IMG/VR virus record: IMGVR_UViG_3300047546_002341
Span: 1-24,813 of that record
Origin: a virus
Taxonomy: Duplodnaviria > Caudoviricetes
Direction: 5' to 3' (one strand)
Length of the DNA stretch: 24,813 nucleotides
Shown here: positions 1-8,561 of the stretch, piece by piece
Layout of the letters: each line of letters opens with the position of its first letter
Numbering within the stretch: position 1 is the stretch's first letter
Position numbers and translations under genes: made by a program
The notes under the pieces: model-generated
Database searches by the model: none
Seen by the model: the letters and a program-made list of their open reading frames with translations, nothing else
Told to the model about the DNA's origin: nothing

Positions 1-16
1 CCCCCGCCACGCGCAG

Positions 17-454
17 TTGCAAGAGGTCGCCGACGAGGCCCGGGCATCCGGTGACTTTGCGCCGGCTGTCGCGGCTTTGAAGGCCGCCGAAGCCTTGAGC
101 GCCGAAGCGCGCATCTTCGCCGAAGCCGCCGATTGGGCGGGCCGCCCGAAGAGCGCACAGATTCGCCACGCGGCAGGGTTGGCACTGGCGAAGGGGTCTT
201 TCGTCGCGTATCAAAGATTGTTGGCCGACCTTGAGCGGGCCGAAGCCGAAGAGGCAAGCGCCGCGGGTGCGGCGGAGCGCGAACACGACGACGCCACGCC
301 TGACAGTGTGCTTATTGCCGCCGCGGTCGATCCGCTGGCGGCTCTGCCGCGGCATCTTGCGGTCGAGGCCCTGCGGCAGCTTGCGGCCCGCCTGCACCTG
401 CCCGCGGTCTACGCGGACGGCACCCCGATCCGCCCCTTGGACGGTGCGCAGTGA
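17..454 (+). CDS. Probable terminase small subunit (5' end may lie outside the window)
   Basis: Ala-rich helical ORF directly upstream of the large terminase, coupled by a GTGA overlap at 451-454. The frame is open back to the window edge. The call rests on synteny only. Confidence 0.45.
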   Translation: MQEVADEARASGDFAPAVAALKAAEALSAEARIFAEAADWAGRPKSAQIRHAAGLALAKGSFVAYQRLLADLERAEAEEASAAGAAEREHDDATPDSVLIAAAVDPLAALPRHLAVEALRQLAARLHLPAVYADGTPIRPLDGAQ

Positions 455-2016
455 CGGGCAGCCCTGAGGCCACTGTAGGCGCTACGGCTGCGCCTACGCC
501 ATCGGGTGACCGTGCACACGTGGCGGCGACCATCGCGGCTGTAGACGCATCTGTGCGGGCTGTAGAGCGGCTGCAGGCAAAGGTGCGCCGGCGCCCGGGT
601 CAATACATCCGATGGCTGCCCCGGCAAGACCGGTTCTTGCGCGACACTTCGCGGCGCAAACTCATTCGCGCCGGTAACCAGCATTCGGGCAAAACCACCG
701 TCGCACTGTATGAAGTCATCTGCCGATGCCTTGGGCGGCATCCCTACCTATCCGTGCGCCCCCCTCCCATTCGCTGTTGGGTGGTGTGTGCCCGCGTTGA
801 TCAATCGATCCCGATCCAACAAAAGTTCGTGGACCTGCTACCTGAGGGCGTTCTCGATAATCTCGATCGCTTCGACCCGGGCGCGGGTTTCCGAAACGAG
901 GCTCGGGAGGCTGTCTTTAAGAACGGTAGCCGGGTTAAGTTTATGACCACGGGGCAGGACCCTATTGCTTTCGCCGGCGCAACGCTTGACCTTGTCCTGT
1001 TCGACGAGCCGCCACCAATGCGGGTTTTCCACGAGGCCAACAAGCGATTGATGCGGCGTGCGGGTGTGATGCTGATGAGCCTCACCCCAATCAACGCCGG
1101 CCCTATGGATTGGCTGCAGGCGTTGACCGAAAAGAGCCCGCCCGTCATTAAAGACATTTGGGAACCGCTGCGGCCTGAGAGCTTTATCCCTGTCGGCGCG
1201 TTCGAGCCGCTACGGTTGGATGACGGCACCCCGCTTGATGCGGAGTTTGTCAAGCGGCTTGAAGACGAAGGTGATCCGTATGAAAACCCCGTCGTTATCC
1301 ACGGCGAATGGAACCCGCGGACCACAGGGCAGGTATTCGCACAGTTCACGCCTGCGGAGCACGTGATCGGCGCATTTTCAGCGCAGCCGGGCGAGGATTG
1401 GCGGGTTTGTGTTGGCGTGGACCACGGCGAGCTTGTGGGCAAGGAATGCGCAGTCTTGGCCCTTACCCGTAGGGCACGGGCCGAAGAGGGCGAAGGCGAT
1501 GTAGTGATTGTCCTGGGCGAATACGTCGGCGGTACTGACCTTACGGTTGAGGCGGACGCCGAAGGTATCTTGTCGATGCTTTCGCGCTGGGGCCTCGATT
1601 GGGGCAACGTGGATAGCGCATGGGGTGACAAAACCACGACTGACAGTACCTTTCGGAGCAAGGGCAATACCGATCTAATCGCGGCAATCCGCAAAGCGTT
1701 GGAGCGCAAGAAGCGCGGCGCTGGGCGGCTTGTGACCAAGCGCAACGAGTTCCAGCAAGTCAAGACCGGCGAAGGTCGGGCGCAAGGGTCGGTAAATCTT
1801 GGGTATAAATACCTGAACCAACGCATGCTGCGCCGTGGTCAGTTTGCCGTACACGAATCCTGCCGCGCCTTGATCAAGGCGCTGCAAGAGTTTGATGGGC
1901 ACCCCAAGCATCCAGCCAAAGACATTCTTGACGCGCTGCGTTATGCCATCAATGATTCGGTATTCGAGGGTCGGCGCGTGGCATACGTGCCCCGCCTTGA
2001 CGCCGCGCCGCGATAG
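451..2016 (+). CDS. terL: Terminase large subunit (ATPase plus RNase H-like nuclease)
   Basis: Walker A-like LIRAGNQHSGKTT, Walker B LVLFDEPP, motif III-like SLTP, nuclease motifs VGVDHG and KDILDALRYA. Lies immediately before the portal-like gene. Confidence 0.93.
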   Translation: MTGSPEATVGATAAPTPSGDRAHVAATIAAVDASVRAVERLQAKVRRRPGQYIRWLPRQDRFLRDTSRRKLIRAGNQHSGKTTVALYEVICRCLGRHPYLSVRPPPIRCWVVCARVDQSIPIQQKFVDLLPEGVLDNLDRFDPGAGFRNEAREAVFKNGSRVKFMTTGQDPIAFAGATLDLVLFDEPPPMRVFHEANKRLMRRAGVMLMSLTPINAGPMDWLQALTEKSPPVIKDIWEPLRPESFIPVGAFEPLRLDDGTPLDAEFVKRLEDEGDPYENPVVIHGEWNPRTTGQVFAQFTPAEHVIGAFSAQPGEDWRVCVGVDHGELVGKECAVLALTRRARAEEGEGDVVIVLGEYVGGTDLTVEADAEGILSMLSRWGLDWGNVDSAWGDKTTTDSTFRSKGNTDLIAAIRKALERKKRGAGRLVTKRNEFQQVKTGEGRAQGSVNLGYKYLNQRMLRRGQFAVHESCRALIKALQEFDGHPKHPAKDILDALRYAINDSVFEGRRVAYVPRLDAAPR

Positions 2017-2020
2017 GGGA

Positions 2021-2049
2021 TAGCGCAGCCCTGCCGCCTGTGCTATGAT
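2021..2049 (+). promoter_or_regulatory. Putative sigma70-type promoter for the portal gene
   Basis: TAGCGC (2021-2026), 17-nt spacer ending in TGC, then TATGAT (2044-2049), followed by SD-like GAGGT (2056-2060). Confidence 0.5.
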
Positions 2050-2065
2050 TTTTGCGAGGTCAGCC

Positions 2066-3895
2066 TTGGACGCTATCACTACCGCAGCAGCCAACGCCAA
2101 CGCCGCGCAACGGTCTATCCCACTGCCTTCGGGTGCGGGCGAAATCAACCGCGTGCGGTCGACCCGTTCGCGCCGGGCGATGCTGGAAGGCACGTGGTCA
2201 AGCCTACTGGCGGAACGGACGACTCAAGTCCTGGGCGCCACGCGGGCGGCAATGCAGGCGGACCCGTCGCTTAGCCTCAACCCTTTCAAGTCTGTCTGTC
2301 GCGCTCTGTCTGTGCTGTATGATGCTGCGCCGACGATTCAGCATCCGACTGCAACCGCTGATGACCTGCGCAATCTGACGGGCAAGATTGCGGCGTCTGG
2401 CTTGTGGCCGATGATGCAACGGGTCCAGCAATACACGTTGGGCCTGCGCGAAATGATGGTGCATGCCGCGCTTGACCCAAGCAACGGCGCGCTTCGGTTT
2501 CGTGCGGTATATCCCGATATGGTCTATGCCCGCGCGACAGAAGACAGGCCCGATGAACCCGCTCGCATCGAAGAGTTGCGGGCAAGGTCGGCGGGCTATC
2601 TGCGGTCGCGTGGTATCGCGGTCACGCCAAACGTTGTAAACACGGATGAGGTCTGGACTGTCGATGTCTACGACATTAGCGGTCCGGTGCCTTTTCATGC
2701 GGTGCACTTGTTGGGCGGCGGTGCAACCGGTGCCGGTTGGCAGTTGGGGCTCGACATTACGGCACAGATTTACGGCGGCGCACTTGCCGGTGAGGCATAC
2801 CCCTGGCGGGCGACCCCGACCCGTGCGGCGCTTGCGGACAATCCCGACGCGCAAGGCGCGCCGGTTTTGCCTTATGTGCTCTACCACGCAGCCCCGAACG
2901 GCGATCGGCTTTGGGACCCGTATGAGTGGATCGAAATCGTCGATGGCACTCTGACGGCGGGTGTCCTGAATAGCTTCCTGTTGCATACTTTCGCGGATGC
3001 AAGTTGGCCGCAGAAATACCTTATCGGCGGTGCACCAGCCGGTGCGGCTGTCACGATGGCGGACGCGGAAGGCGAGCGCCGGGCATACGTTCCTGCCGAT
3101 CCAACGTCGATCTTGGTCGTCGAGAAGTTGCCCGGGTTTGATGGTCAGGTAACCGCGGGGCAGTTCCAACCGGGCGGCGATATCGCCACGCAGGAAAGCG
3201 TTCTTGGGAATATGATTTCGGCGCTGATGGAGTCGGCGGGGATTAGTCCTTCGGACGTTCAGCGGCTTTCGGGTAACGCTCGAAGCGGTGCCGCCATCGC
3301 GCTAACCAACGAAGGCAAGCGCGAACTGCAGCGGCGCTACCAAGCGATTTTCGAGGCGTCCGATCAACGGTTGGTGCGCCTGTGCGCGATCTTACTCAAT
3401 CGGTATAGTGACGGGCTTGAGCTTGCCGCAGAAGCGGCGGGGCAGCCAATCCCGACCCGGTATCGGTTCCCTGAGGGTGGATATAGCCTGACCTATCCGC
3501 GCATCCCTCGCAGCCCCGAAGAGTTGAAGGCGCACCGGGAGCATATTTTCGCGCTGCTCGATCGCGGTATGCTGACGGCTGCCGAAGCGTTTGCGGCGCT
3601 GCATGATGTGCCGCTTGATGTAGCCGAACGGCGCGTGCGGGAGATTACGCAAGAGCGGGAACCCGTCGAGGTCGCACCTGTAGAGCCTGCGCAACCGATG
3701 CCGTCACAGCCTGCCCAGCCTGAGAAGCCAAAGCGCGATATGATGCGTGAGGCGATTCAAGACGTTATCGATGCCATCCAAGACGGCGAAAGTGCGGCAG
3801 ATATTGCGGTCACTTTGCTTGCCTTGCTTGACGACGAAAACGAAGACGAAGAAGACATCGTGGATGATGTCTCGGTTGGGGGCGAGGATGCCTAA
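2066..3895 (+). CDS. Portal protein
   Basis: About 610 aa ORF after terL with an acidic C-terminal tail and a portal-like C-terminal segment (SGNARSGAAIAL...). Start placed at the in-frame TTG 2066 behind GAGGT; ATG 2045 is the alternative but falls inside the predicted -10 box. Confidence 0.75.
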   Translation: MDAITTAAANANAAQRSIPLPSGAGEINRVRSTRSRRAMLEGTWSSLLAERTTQVLGATRAAMQADPSLSLNPFKSVCRALSVLYDAAPTIQHPTATADDLRNLTGKIAASGLWPMMQRVQQYTLGLREMMVHAALDPSNGALRFRAVYPDMVYARATEDRPDEPARIEELRARSAGYLRSRGIAVTPNVVNTDEVWTVDVYDISGPVPFHAVHLLGGGATGAGWQLGLDITAQIYGGALAGEAYPWRATPTRAALADNPDAQGAPVLPYVLYHAAPNGDRLWDPYEWIEIVDGTLTAGVLNSFLLHTFADASWPQKYLIGGAPAGAAVTMADAEGERRAYVPADPTSILVVEKLPGFDGQVTAGQFQPGGDIATQESVLGNMISALMESAGISPSDVQRLSGNARSGAAIALTNEGKRELQRRYQAIFEASDQRLVRLCAILLNRYSDGLELAAEAAGQPIPTRYRFPEGGYSLTYPRIPRSPEELKAHREHIFALLDRGMLTAAEAFAALHDVPLDVAERRVREITQEREPVEVAPVEPAQPMPSQPAQPEKPKRDMMREAIQDVIDAIQDGESAADIAVTLLALLDDENEDEEDIVDDVSVGGEDA

Positions 3896-4241
3896 GCTGG
3901 CCCGGCCCCCTGTCGAGGTCGCGGCGGCAGCGCGTCGCGGGTTGGAGTTGCGTGCGCAGCAACCCCCGTCAAACCGGGCGGGTACACCTGTCGGTCTTCG
4001 GCGGGCGGTACAGCTTGCCAATCGACAGCCTGTAAGTCTGTCGACACTGCAGCGGATGGTTTCATATTTTGCGCGGCATGAAGTTGACAAGCAAGGCGAA
4101 GGCTGGGGCGTCGACAGCAAAGGTTACCAAGCGTGGCTTTTGTGGGGCGGTGATGCCGGGCGCGCCTGGGCAAAACGTATGATCCCCAAAATGCACGGCT
4201 ACAAGCCTCAACCCAACCCATCGGAGAGCCCCGATGTCTGA
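3888..4241 (+). CDS. Small conserved phage head-module protein (AWLLWGGDAG motif)
   Basis: ATG 3888 overlaps the portal stop. ARRGLELR...GTPVG..RA.QLA...LS..T..RM.SYFARH...AWLLWGGDAG..WA is a motif I recognise from uncharacterised phage head-region proteins. Confidence 0.7.
   Translation: MPKLARPPVEVAAAARRGLELRAQQPPSNRAGTPVGLRRAVQLANRQPVSLSTLQRMVSYFARHEVDKQGEGWGVDSKGYQAWLLWGGDAGRAWAKRMIPKMHGYKPQPNPSESPDV
4219..4236 (+). promoter_or_regulatory. Start-associated hairpin repeat, copy 1 (CATCGGAGAGCCCCGATG)
   Basis: Exact 18-mer ending in the scaffold ATG. CATCGG/CCGATG form a 6-bp inverted repeat around AGAGCC, overlapping the SD-like GGAGAG. Confidence 0.8.
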
Positions 4242-4854
4242 TACCGATATGGTCCCCCGGTCCCGTCTGAACGAAGAGATCGCCAAGCGCAAAGAGCTTG
4301 AAGCCGATCTCGGCACATTGCGCGGCAATCTCGCAGCGGCAGAGGCAAAGGCAGCCGAAGCCGAAACCGTGCGGGCTGCACTTGCCAAGGCTACCGCTGA
4401 GTTTGAGACGTACAAAGTTGGCGTCGATGCCGGGATCACTGACCCGGAAGGGTTGGAGTTGGCGCGATACTATTACGACAAAGTGCCAGCGGGTGAGGGG
4501 GAAGACGCCAAGCCTGCGTTCGGCGATTGGATGGCCAAGCTCAAGACCGACGCCACGGCGCGCCCCAAGGGGCTTGGGGCCTACTTCGCGGACCAGCCTG
4601 CCGCGGCTACGGCGACGCCAGCGGCTGCGCCTGTAGCGCCGCCCAAGGCGGCACAGGCTGCCCCGCCGCGTAGTGCCGCCCCGCTGCCGCCCGCGGCGAC
4701 CGGCGCGAACCCTGCGCCGGCCCCGTCGCCTACGGCGGCAGGCTGGACCCGGGAAAGTATCGCGCAGATGGACCCGGCGACCTGGGCCGCCAATCGCGCC
4801 GATCTAATCAAGGCCGCATCGGCTGGGCTGGTGTCTAAACTCGGCGGTGCGTAA
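4234..4854 (+). CDS. Capsid scaffolding protein
   Basis: N-terminal VPRSRLNEEIAKRKELE coiled coil, Ala/Pro-rich linker and C-terminal helix WTRESIAQMDPATWAANRADLI. Sits directly upstream of the major capsid gene. Confidence 0.8.
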   Translation: MSDTDMVPRSRLNEEIAKRKELEADLGTLRGNLAAAEAKAAEAETVRAALAKATAEFETYKVGVDAGITDPEGLELARYYYDKVPAGEGEDAKPAFGDWMAKLKTDATARPKGLGAYFADQPAAATATPAAAPVAPPKAAQAAPPRSAAPLPPAATGANPAPAPSPTAAGWTRESIAQMDPATWAANRADLIKAASAGLVSKLGGA

Positions 4855-4855
4855 C

Positions 4856-4884
4856 TTGCACCTATTGCGCGACCGTGCTACCGT
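4856..4884 (+). promoter_or_regulatory. Putative promoter for the major capsid gene
   Basis: TTGCAC (4856-4861), 17-nt spacer, extended -10 TGc-TACCGT (4879-4884), in the intergenic gap after the scaffold stop. Confidence 0.55.
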
Positions 4885-4892
4885 TTGATTGA

Positions 4893-4933
4893 CGGCTATC
4901 ACGGGCGCACCGTGTAACAAATGCGAATGGCCG
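4893..4933 (+). ncRNA. Candidate structured 5' leader (H-type pseudoknot) of the capsid mRNA
   Basis: S1 CACGG(4900-4904)/CCGTG(4910-4914); S2 CGCA(4906-4909)/TGCG(4922-4925); loop TAACAAA; flanking stem CGGCTAT(4893-4899)/ATGGCCG(4927-4933). Predicted by eye. Confidence 0.45.
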
Positions 4934-4973
4934 GCAGTGACCACACTACCTTCCAACGCCTTTGAGGTGCCTA

Positions 4974-5891
4974 ATGGCGAACGAGATTCTTGCCGCATCG
5001 TCGGACTTTTTGGTTGCATCCGTCCTTGAGATGGAGATTCTGACCAAGCTCAACAGCCTGATCAACCTGCGCGGTAGCCCCGCCCTGGTTGACTTTTCGC
5101 CGATGGCTTCGCGCGGCAGCCTCACCCTGGCGATTCCCCTCGCCGGCTGGGACAGCCTTGCGATGACCGCCCCCGGTGAAGCGACCGGTGTCAGCAACAC
5201 CGCGCTGGACAGCGATCAGATCACCTTGACCATTGCCCGGCAGGCTATCCAGTTGCAAGTCTCTGACGAGCTTCTGGTTTCCAGCCTGGGCGGCGCGATG
5301 AACATCGAGCGTCTTGCGCAGTCGACCGTTAGCGCCTACCTGAACCGTCACAACGATCTGACTGTTGGCCTGTTCAGCGGTGTGACCGCTTCGGCTGGCA
5401 CTTCGGGCGCCGACCTGACCCTCGATGACGTCATCGACGCCATGCAAACCTTGATGAAGGCCAACAACACCGATGGCCTGTACTGCATGCTCCACGGTCA
5501 GCAGATGGCCGACCTGCAGAACAGCCTTCGTGGTGAGGGCGGCGCGCTGTCTTTCGCGGCCCCGACCGCCGAAATGATCGCGGCCAAGGGCAAGGGCTAC
5601 GCGGGTAGCTACCTGGGTGTGGACTTCTGGGTGAACAACCGTGTGGCCACCGCCAACGCGGGCGCCGATCGCGCCGGCTGCATGTGGAGCCGCGGCGCCT
5701 TTGGTTACGCGGAAGCTACCCACCCGCTGTCTGCCCTGCGCGGTTCGCTCAACCCGCAGATCGTTAGCCCTGTGGTTGTCGAGTTCGAGCGCACCGGCAC
5801 CAGCGGTCTGAACACCGTGATCGCCTCCGCCTTCCTGGGCGTGGCCATGGTCGAAGACGCCCGCGCCTGCAAGATCGTCACCGACGCCTGA
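4974..5891 (+). CDS. Major capsid protein (HK97 fold presumed)
   Basis: 305 aa, follows the scaffold, SD GAGGTG, strongly biased codon usage. Capsid-like features include an E-loop GE(A)T, DLTLDDVIDA, LHGQQMADL and GSYLGVDFWVNNRV. Confidence 0.88.
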   Translation: MANEILAASSDFLVASVLEMEILTKLNSLINLRGSPALVDFSPMASRGSLTLAIPLAGWDSLAMTAPGEATGVSNTALDSDQITLTIARQAIQLQVSDELLVSSLGGAMNIERLAQSTVSAYLNRHNDLTVGLFSGVTASAGTSGADLTLDDVIDAMQTLMKANNTDGLYCMLHGQQMADLQNSLRGEGGALSFAAPTAEMIAAKGKGYAGSYLGVDFWVNNRVATANAGADRAGCMWSRGAFGYAEATHPLSALRGSLNPQIVSPVVVEFERTGTSGLNTVIASAFLGVAMVEDARACKIVTDA

Positions 5892-5902
5892 TCGGTGAGT
5901 CA

Positions 5903-5932
5903 CCCGACGGGCGGCTAACCCCGCCCGTCGGG
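5903..5932 (+). terminator. Perfect 12-bp GC hairpin after the capsid gene (terminator or mRNA stabiliser; no U-tract)
   Basis: CCCGACGGGCGG-CTAACC-CCGCCCGTCGGG, 11 nt after the capsid stop codon. Confidence 0.6.
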
Positions 5933-5978
5933 CCTGCCGCGGGTCAGGCTATACCCGCCCCTCTTGTGTTTCCCCCCA

Positions 5979-5996
5979 CATCGGAGAGCCCCGATG
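5979..5996 (+). promoter_or_regulatory. Start-associated hairpin repeat, copy 2
   Basis: Exact CATCGGAGAGCCCCGATG ending in ATG 5994. Confidence 0.8.
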
Positions 5997-6662
5997 CCGT
6001 TGCCTACTACCGCACGCCGCGCCGCAGAAGCCCCTATCTTGGGTGAGTCTGTCGGCAGTCTGACCACGAGCGAACGCCTGCGCATTGACCCGTCGCCCGC
6101 GTTCCTGTTGTCGTGTAGCCCTGAAAGCTATGAGCTTTCCGATATCGACGGCGAACCGGTGTACCTGCCCACTGTGCAGCGGCATGACGTTTCGCCCGGC
6201 TCTAACGGTGTGGACAAAGCTGGCGGCATCGCGCACTTTTCGGCCAACCTGCACACTCGCGGGCAGGTCTTGATCCAGCCGAACCAATGCCCGGCGGACC
6301 TGACCCCTGATGGGCGGCCCGGGTATCTGCGTCGGTATGAGGGCACGCAGGGCCTTGTGCATCTTGAAGCGTGGGTACAGGTCGTCAAGGCCCCGGGCAA
6401 CAAGCACGTTGCACAGCTTACCCGCGACAATGAACAGCTTTACCGCAAATGGCGGCTTTGGCTGATGGAATCGGGTATTGTTCCGTTCCCCTCTGACGAT
6501 TGGATTCAGCGGTATGAGGACCGCCTTGGGGAACGTGCCCTTCGTCGGGCAACCCAAGCAAGCGCGCCAGAGGTCAAAGCCGAGCGCGCGGCAGAGGCGG
6601 ACGCCAACTTGAAGCGCGCACGCAAGGCGCGTGCAAACGTTGCGGAGGTCGCCAATGGGTGA
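5994..6662 (+). CDS. Hypothetical protein (222 aa) in the head/neck module
   Basis: Clean ORF starting in the repeated RBS hairpin and overlapping the next gene. No recognisable family. Confidence 0.7.
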   Translation: MPLPTTARRAAEAPILGESVGSLTTSERLRIDPSPAFLLSCSPESYELSDIDGEPVYLPTVQRHDVSPGSNGVDKAGGIAHFSANLHTRGQVLIQPNQCPADLTPDGRPGYLRRYEGTQGLVHLEAWVQVVKAPGNKHVAQLTRDNEQLYRKWRLWLMESGIVPFPSDDWIQRYEDRLGERALRRATQASAPEVKAERAAEADANLKRARKARANVAEVANG

Positions 6663-6840
6663 ATCTGTCGCAGGCCGGCGGGCTATGGAAGAGACGCAGC
6701 GCAGATTGGTCAATGAAGGCATGCGCCCCGATCGCGCAGCCGAAATCGCGCGCGACTCTGCCATCCGGATTGATATAAGAGAACAGGGCGGGAAACCGCC
6801 CCCGCGCCGGTCGGATACCGGAAGCAACCCGCGGCGATAA
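6655..6840 (+). CDS. Small hypothetical protein (61 aa)
   Basis: ATG 6655 behind GGAGGT, overlapping the upstream stop and filling the gap between neighbours. Confidence 0.6.
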   Translation: MGESVAGRRAMEETQRRLVNEGMRPDRAAEIARDSAIRIDIREQGGKPPPRRSDTGSNPRR

Positions 6841-6844
6841 GCCG

Positions 6845-6864
6845 CGCCCGGGTAAAGCCGGGCG
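6845..6864 (+). other. Intergenic hairpin
   Basis: CGCCCGG-GTAAAG-CCGGGCG between stop 6840 and the RBS GGGAGA of the next gene. Confidence 0.35.
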
Positions 6865-6873
6865 GGAGACACT

Positions 6874-7329
6874 ATGCCAAAAGGGCCCCTTCGTTTCCGC
6901 GATGCCGTAGGCGCCGCGTTCCGCAAACTGACTGTGTGGACCAGCGGCGCCGAATCGGCGGTCGCGACCAGCCCCACGGTTACCAGCGGCAGCGGTGCAC
7001 CTTCGGCCAGTGAGCCCAACGGCTCGGTCTATCTGCGCACCAATGGCGCATCGGCGAACACCCTGTATCTGCGTATCAGCGGCGCATGGGTTTCGGTTGG
7101 CGCTTCGGTTCTGCCGTCCACTTCGGTCTTCTTGTCGACCGAACAGACCGGCAGCGGTAGCGCGCAGAACGTGGCGCACGGTTTCGGCACCGTCCCTGCG
7201 CTTGCCTTTGCGATTCCTTCGGATCACTCTGGCGGCGCATTCACGATCACCTATGGCACTCACACGAGCACTAACGTTGTGGTCACTGTGACCAACAACG
7301 AGAAGTACCGCGTGGTCGCCTTCAAGTGA
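6874..7329 (+). CDS. Probable head decoration or fibre protein
   Basis: Ser/Thr/Gly-rich beta protein with GSGAPSASEPNGSVYLRTNG...LY, a motif typical of phage fibre or trimer domains, and a C-terminal V.HGFGTVP. Capsid-like codon bias. Confidence 0.5.
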   Translation: MPKGPLRFRDAVGAAFRKLTVWTSGAESAVATSPTVTSGSGAPSASEPNGSVYLRTNGASANTLYLRISGAWVSVGASVLPSTSVFLSTEQTGSGSAQNVAHGFGTVPALAFAIPSDHSGGAFTITYGTHTSTNVVVTVTNNEKYRVVAFK

Positions 7330-7352
7330 TCTGACGGCAGGGAGGCCACACA

Positions 7353-8093
7353 ATGAGCGCGACCGCATACCAAGCGAGAATGTCCGGCCCGACCCTTTTG
7401 GAGAAGGGCCGCGACACTGTGATTTCTCTGCCCGTCTACAAAGACGGCGCGTTGGTCACTCCCTCGGCGGTTGTCGTTTCGGTGTGGTCTGCCGCAAATG
7501 CCCTTGTGGTTGCGGCTGCGTCGGGTTCGGTAGTGGGCTCAATCGCTACCTATACCGTGCCAGCCGCATCCACCTCTGCGCTTGCGTATGGGGCAGATTG
7601 GCGCATCGAATGGACGTTGACCCTTGCCGGCGTTGTTGAGGTCTTTCAGACCGATGCGGCGTTGGTTCGCAACCCCATTCGATGCCCGGTGACTGACCTG
7701 GACCTATACGCGCGAGAGCCAAGCCTGAACCCGTCTGGTTCTGCGCCGATTCACAGCCTAAGCAACTTCCAGGCATTTATCCACGATGCGTGGAAGACCC
7801 TGCTAAACCGACTTCTTGCCGATGGTCAGTACCCTTGGAAGATGCCAAGCGCAGCGGTAGTGCGCGAAGCCGCTTTGGCTTTGACGTTGCACCGTGTGTT
7901 TATGGCATTCACTACGGGTCTGAACGAAAGCTATGGAAAGTCGGCAGATGTGTATCGCCGGGACTATGAGGCTGCATACAACGCAATCCGGTACACAGAA
8001 GTCATCGACCCTGACAGCCCATCACCCACGGGTAACAAGGTCGCGGCCCGCCCTGTGTATTTCTTGGGTCAGCCCAAGCGGAGGGCCTTCTAA
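7353..8093 (+). CDS. Probable head-tail adaptor (neck) protein with an N-terminal Ig-like beta domain
   Basis: SD GGAGG. Beta-rich N-half and helical C-half (REAALALTLHRVF...YRRDYEAA). Position between head and tail genes. Confidence 0.5.
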   Translation: MSATAYQARMSGPTLLEKGRDTVISLPVYKDGALVTPSAVVVSVWSAANALVVAAASGSVVGSIATYTVPAASTSALAYGADWRIEWTLTLAGVVEVFQTDAALVRNPIRCPVTDLDLYAREPSLNPSGSAPIHSLSNFQAFIHDAWKTLLNRLLADGQYPWKMPSAAVVREAALALTLHRVFMAFTTGLNESYGKSADVYRRDYEAAYNAIRYTEVIDPDSPSPTGNKVAARPVYFLGQPKRRAF

Positions 8094-8551
8094 TGGCCCT
8101 GACAGTCTCAGATCTGATCGATAGGATCGGCGATCACTTGGTCGCGACCCTGCCGACTTCGCCGGATGCGGCGCGCTGGACCCGTTCGCGGTTCCTGCCG
8201 CCACAGTTAGGGCAAGATACTGAGGCCAAGATTGCGCGGTGTTGGTCTGTGTGGTCGCCATCCTTGACGATCACACAGCCAACCCAGCGGCAGGTTTCGA
8301 GCGAAGGCGTACACGTTACGTCCACGATCGAAGCCGGGTTCAGCTTTGCGCTTCGGCAAGACGGCACCGCGGCGGACTACACCGCGGCGCTTGCCGCCGA
8401 AGCCGCGTTCACGGCGGCGCTGTTCAGCGTGGGGCGGGCGTCTTTGCCCCGCTTCACGTTACAGACGGTTAGCCGGCAAGTGCAGACCGATAACCGTACC
8501 CTTGTGGTAGTGTTGACCTTGTTTGCTTCCCACCAAATCCCGCTGACCTGA
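8093..8551 (+). CDS. Probable tail terminator or completion protein
   Basis: 152 aa, TAATG-coupled, immediately before the tail tube gene. N-terminal helix followed by an alpha/beta pattern. Confidence 0.45.
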   Translation: MALTVSDLIDRIGDHLVATLPTSPDAARWTRSRFLPPQLGQDTEAKIARCWSVWSPSLTITQPTQRQVSSEGVHVTSTIEAGFSFALRQDGTAADYTAALAAEAAFTAALFSVGRASLPRFTLQTVSRQVQTDNRTLVVVLTLFASHQIPLT

Positions 8552-8561
8552 GAGGTACGCC

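Noticed and set aside
4893-4933. Pistol or HDV-like ribozyme, or preQ1 riboswitch
   Set aside because: Lacks the additional stems and conserved core nucleotides of those families; only a minimal H-type fold is supported.
4971-5903. 310-aa antisense ORF exactly opposite the capsid gene
   Set aside because: Shadow ORF expected from strong codon bias in a GC-rich gene; no RBS or recognisable protein features.
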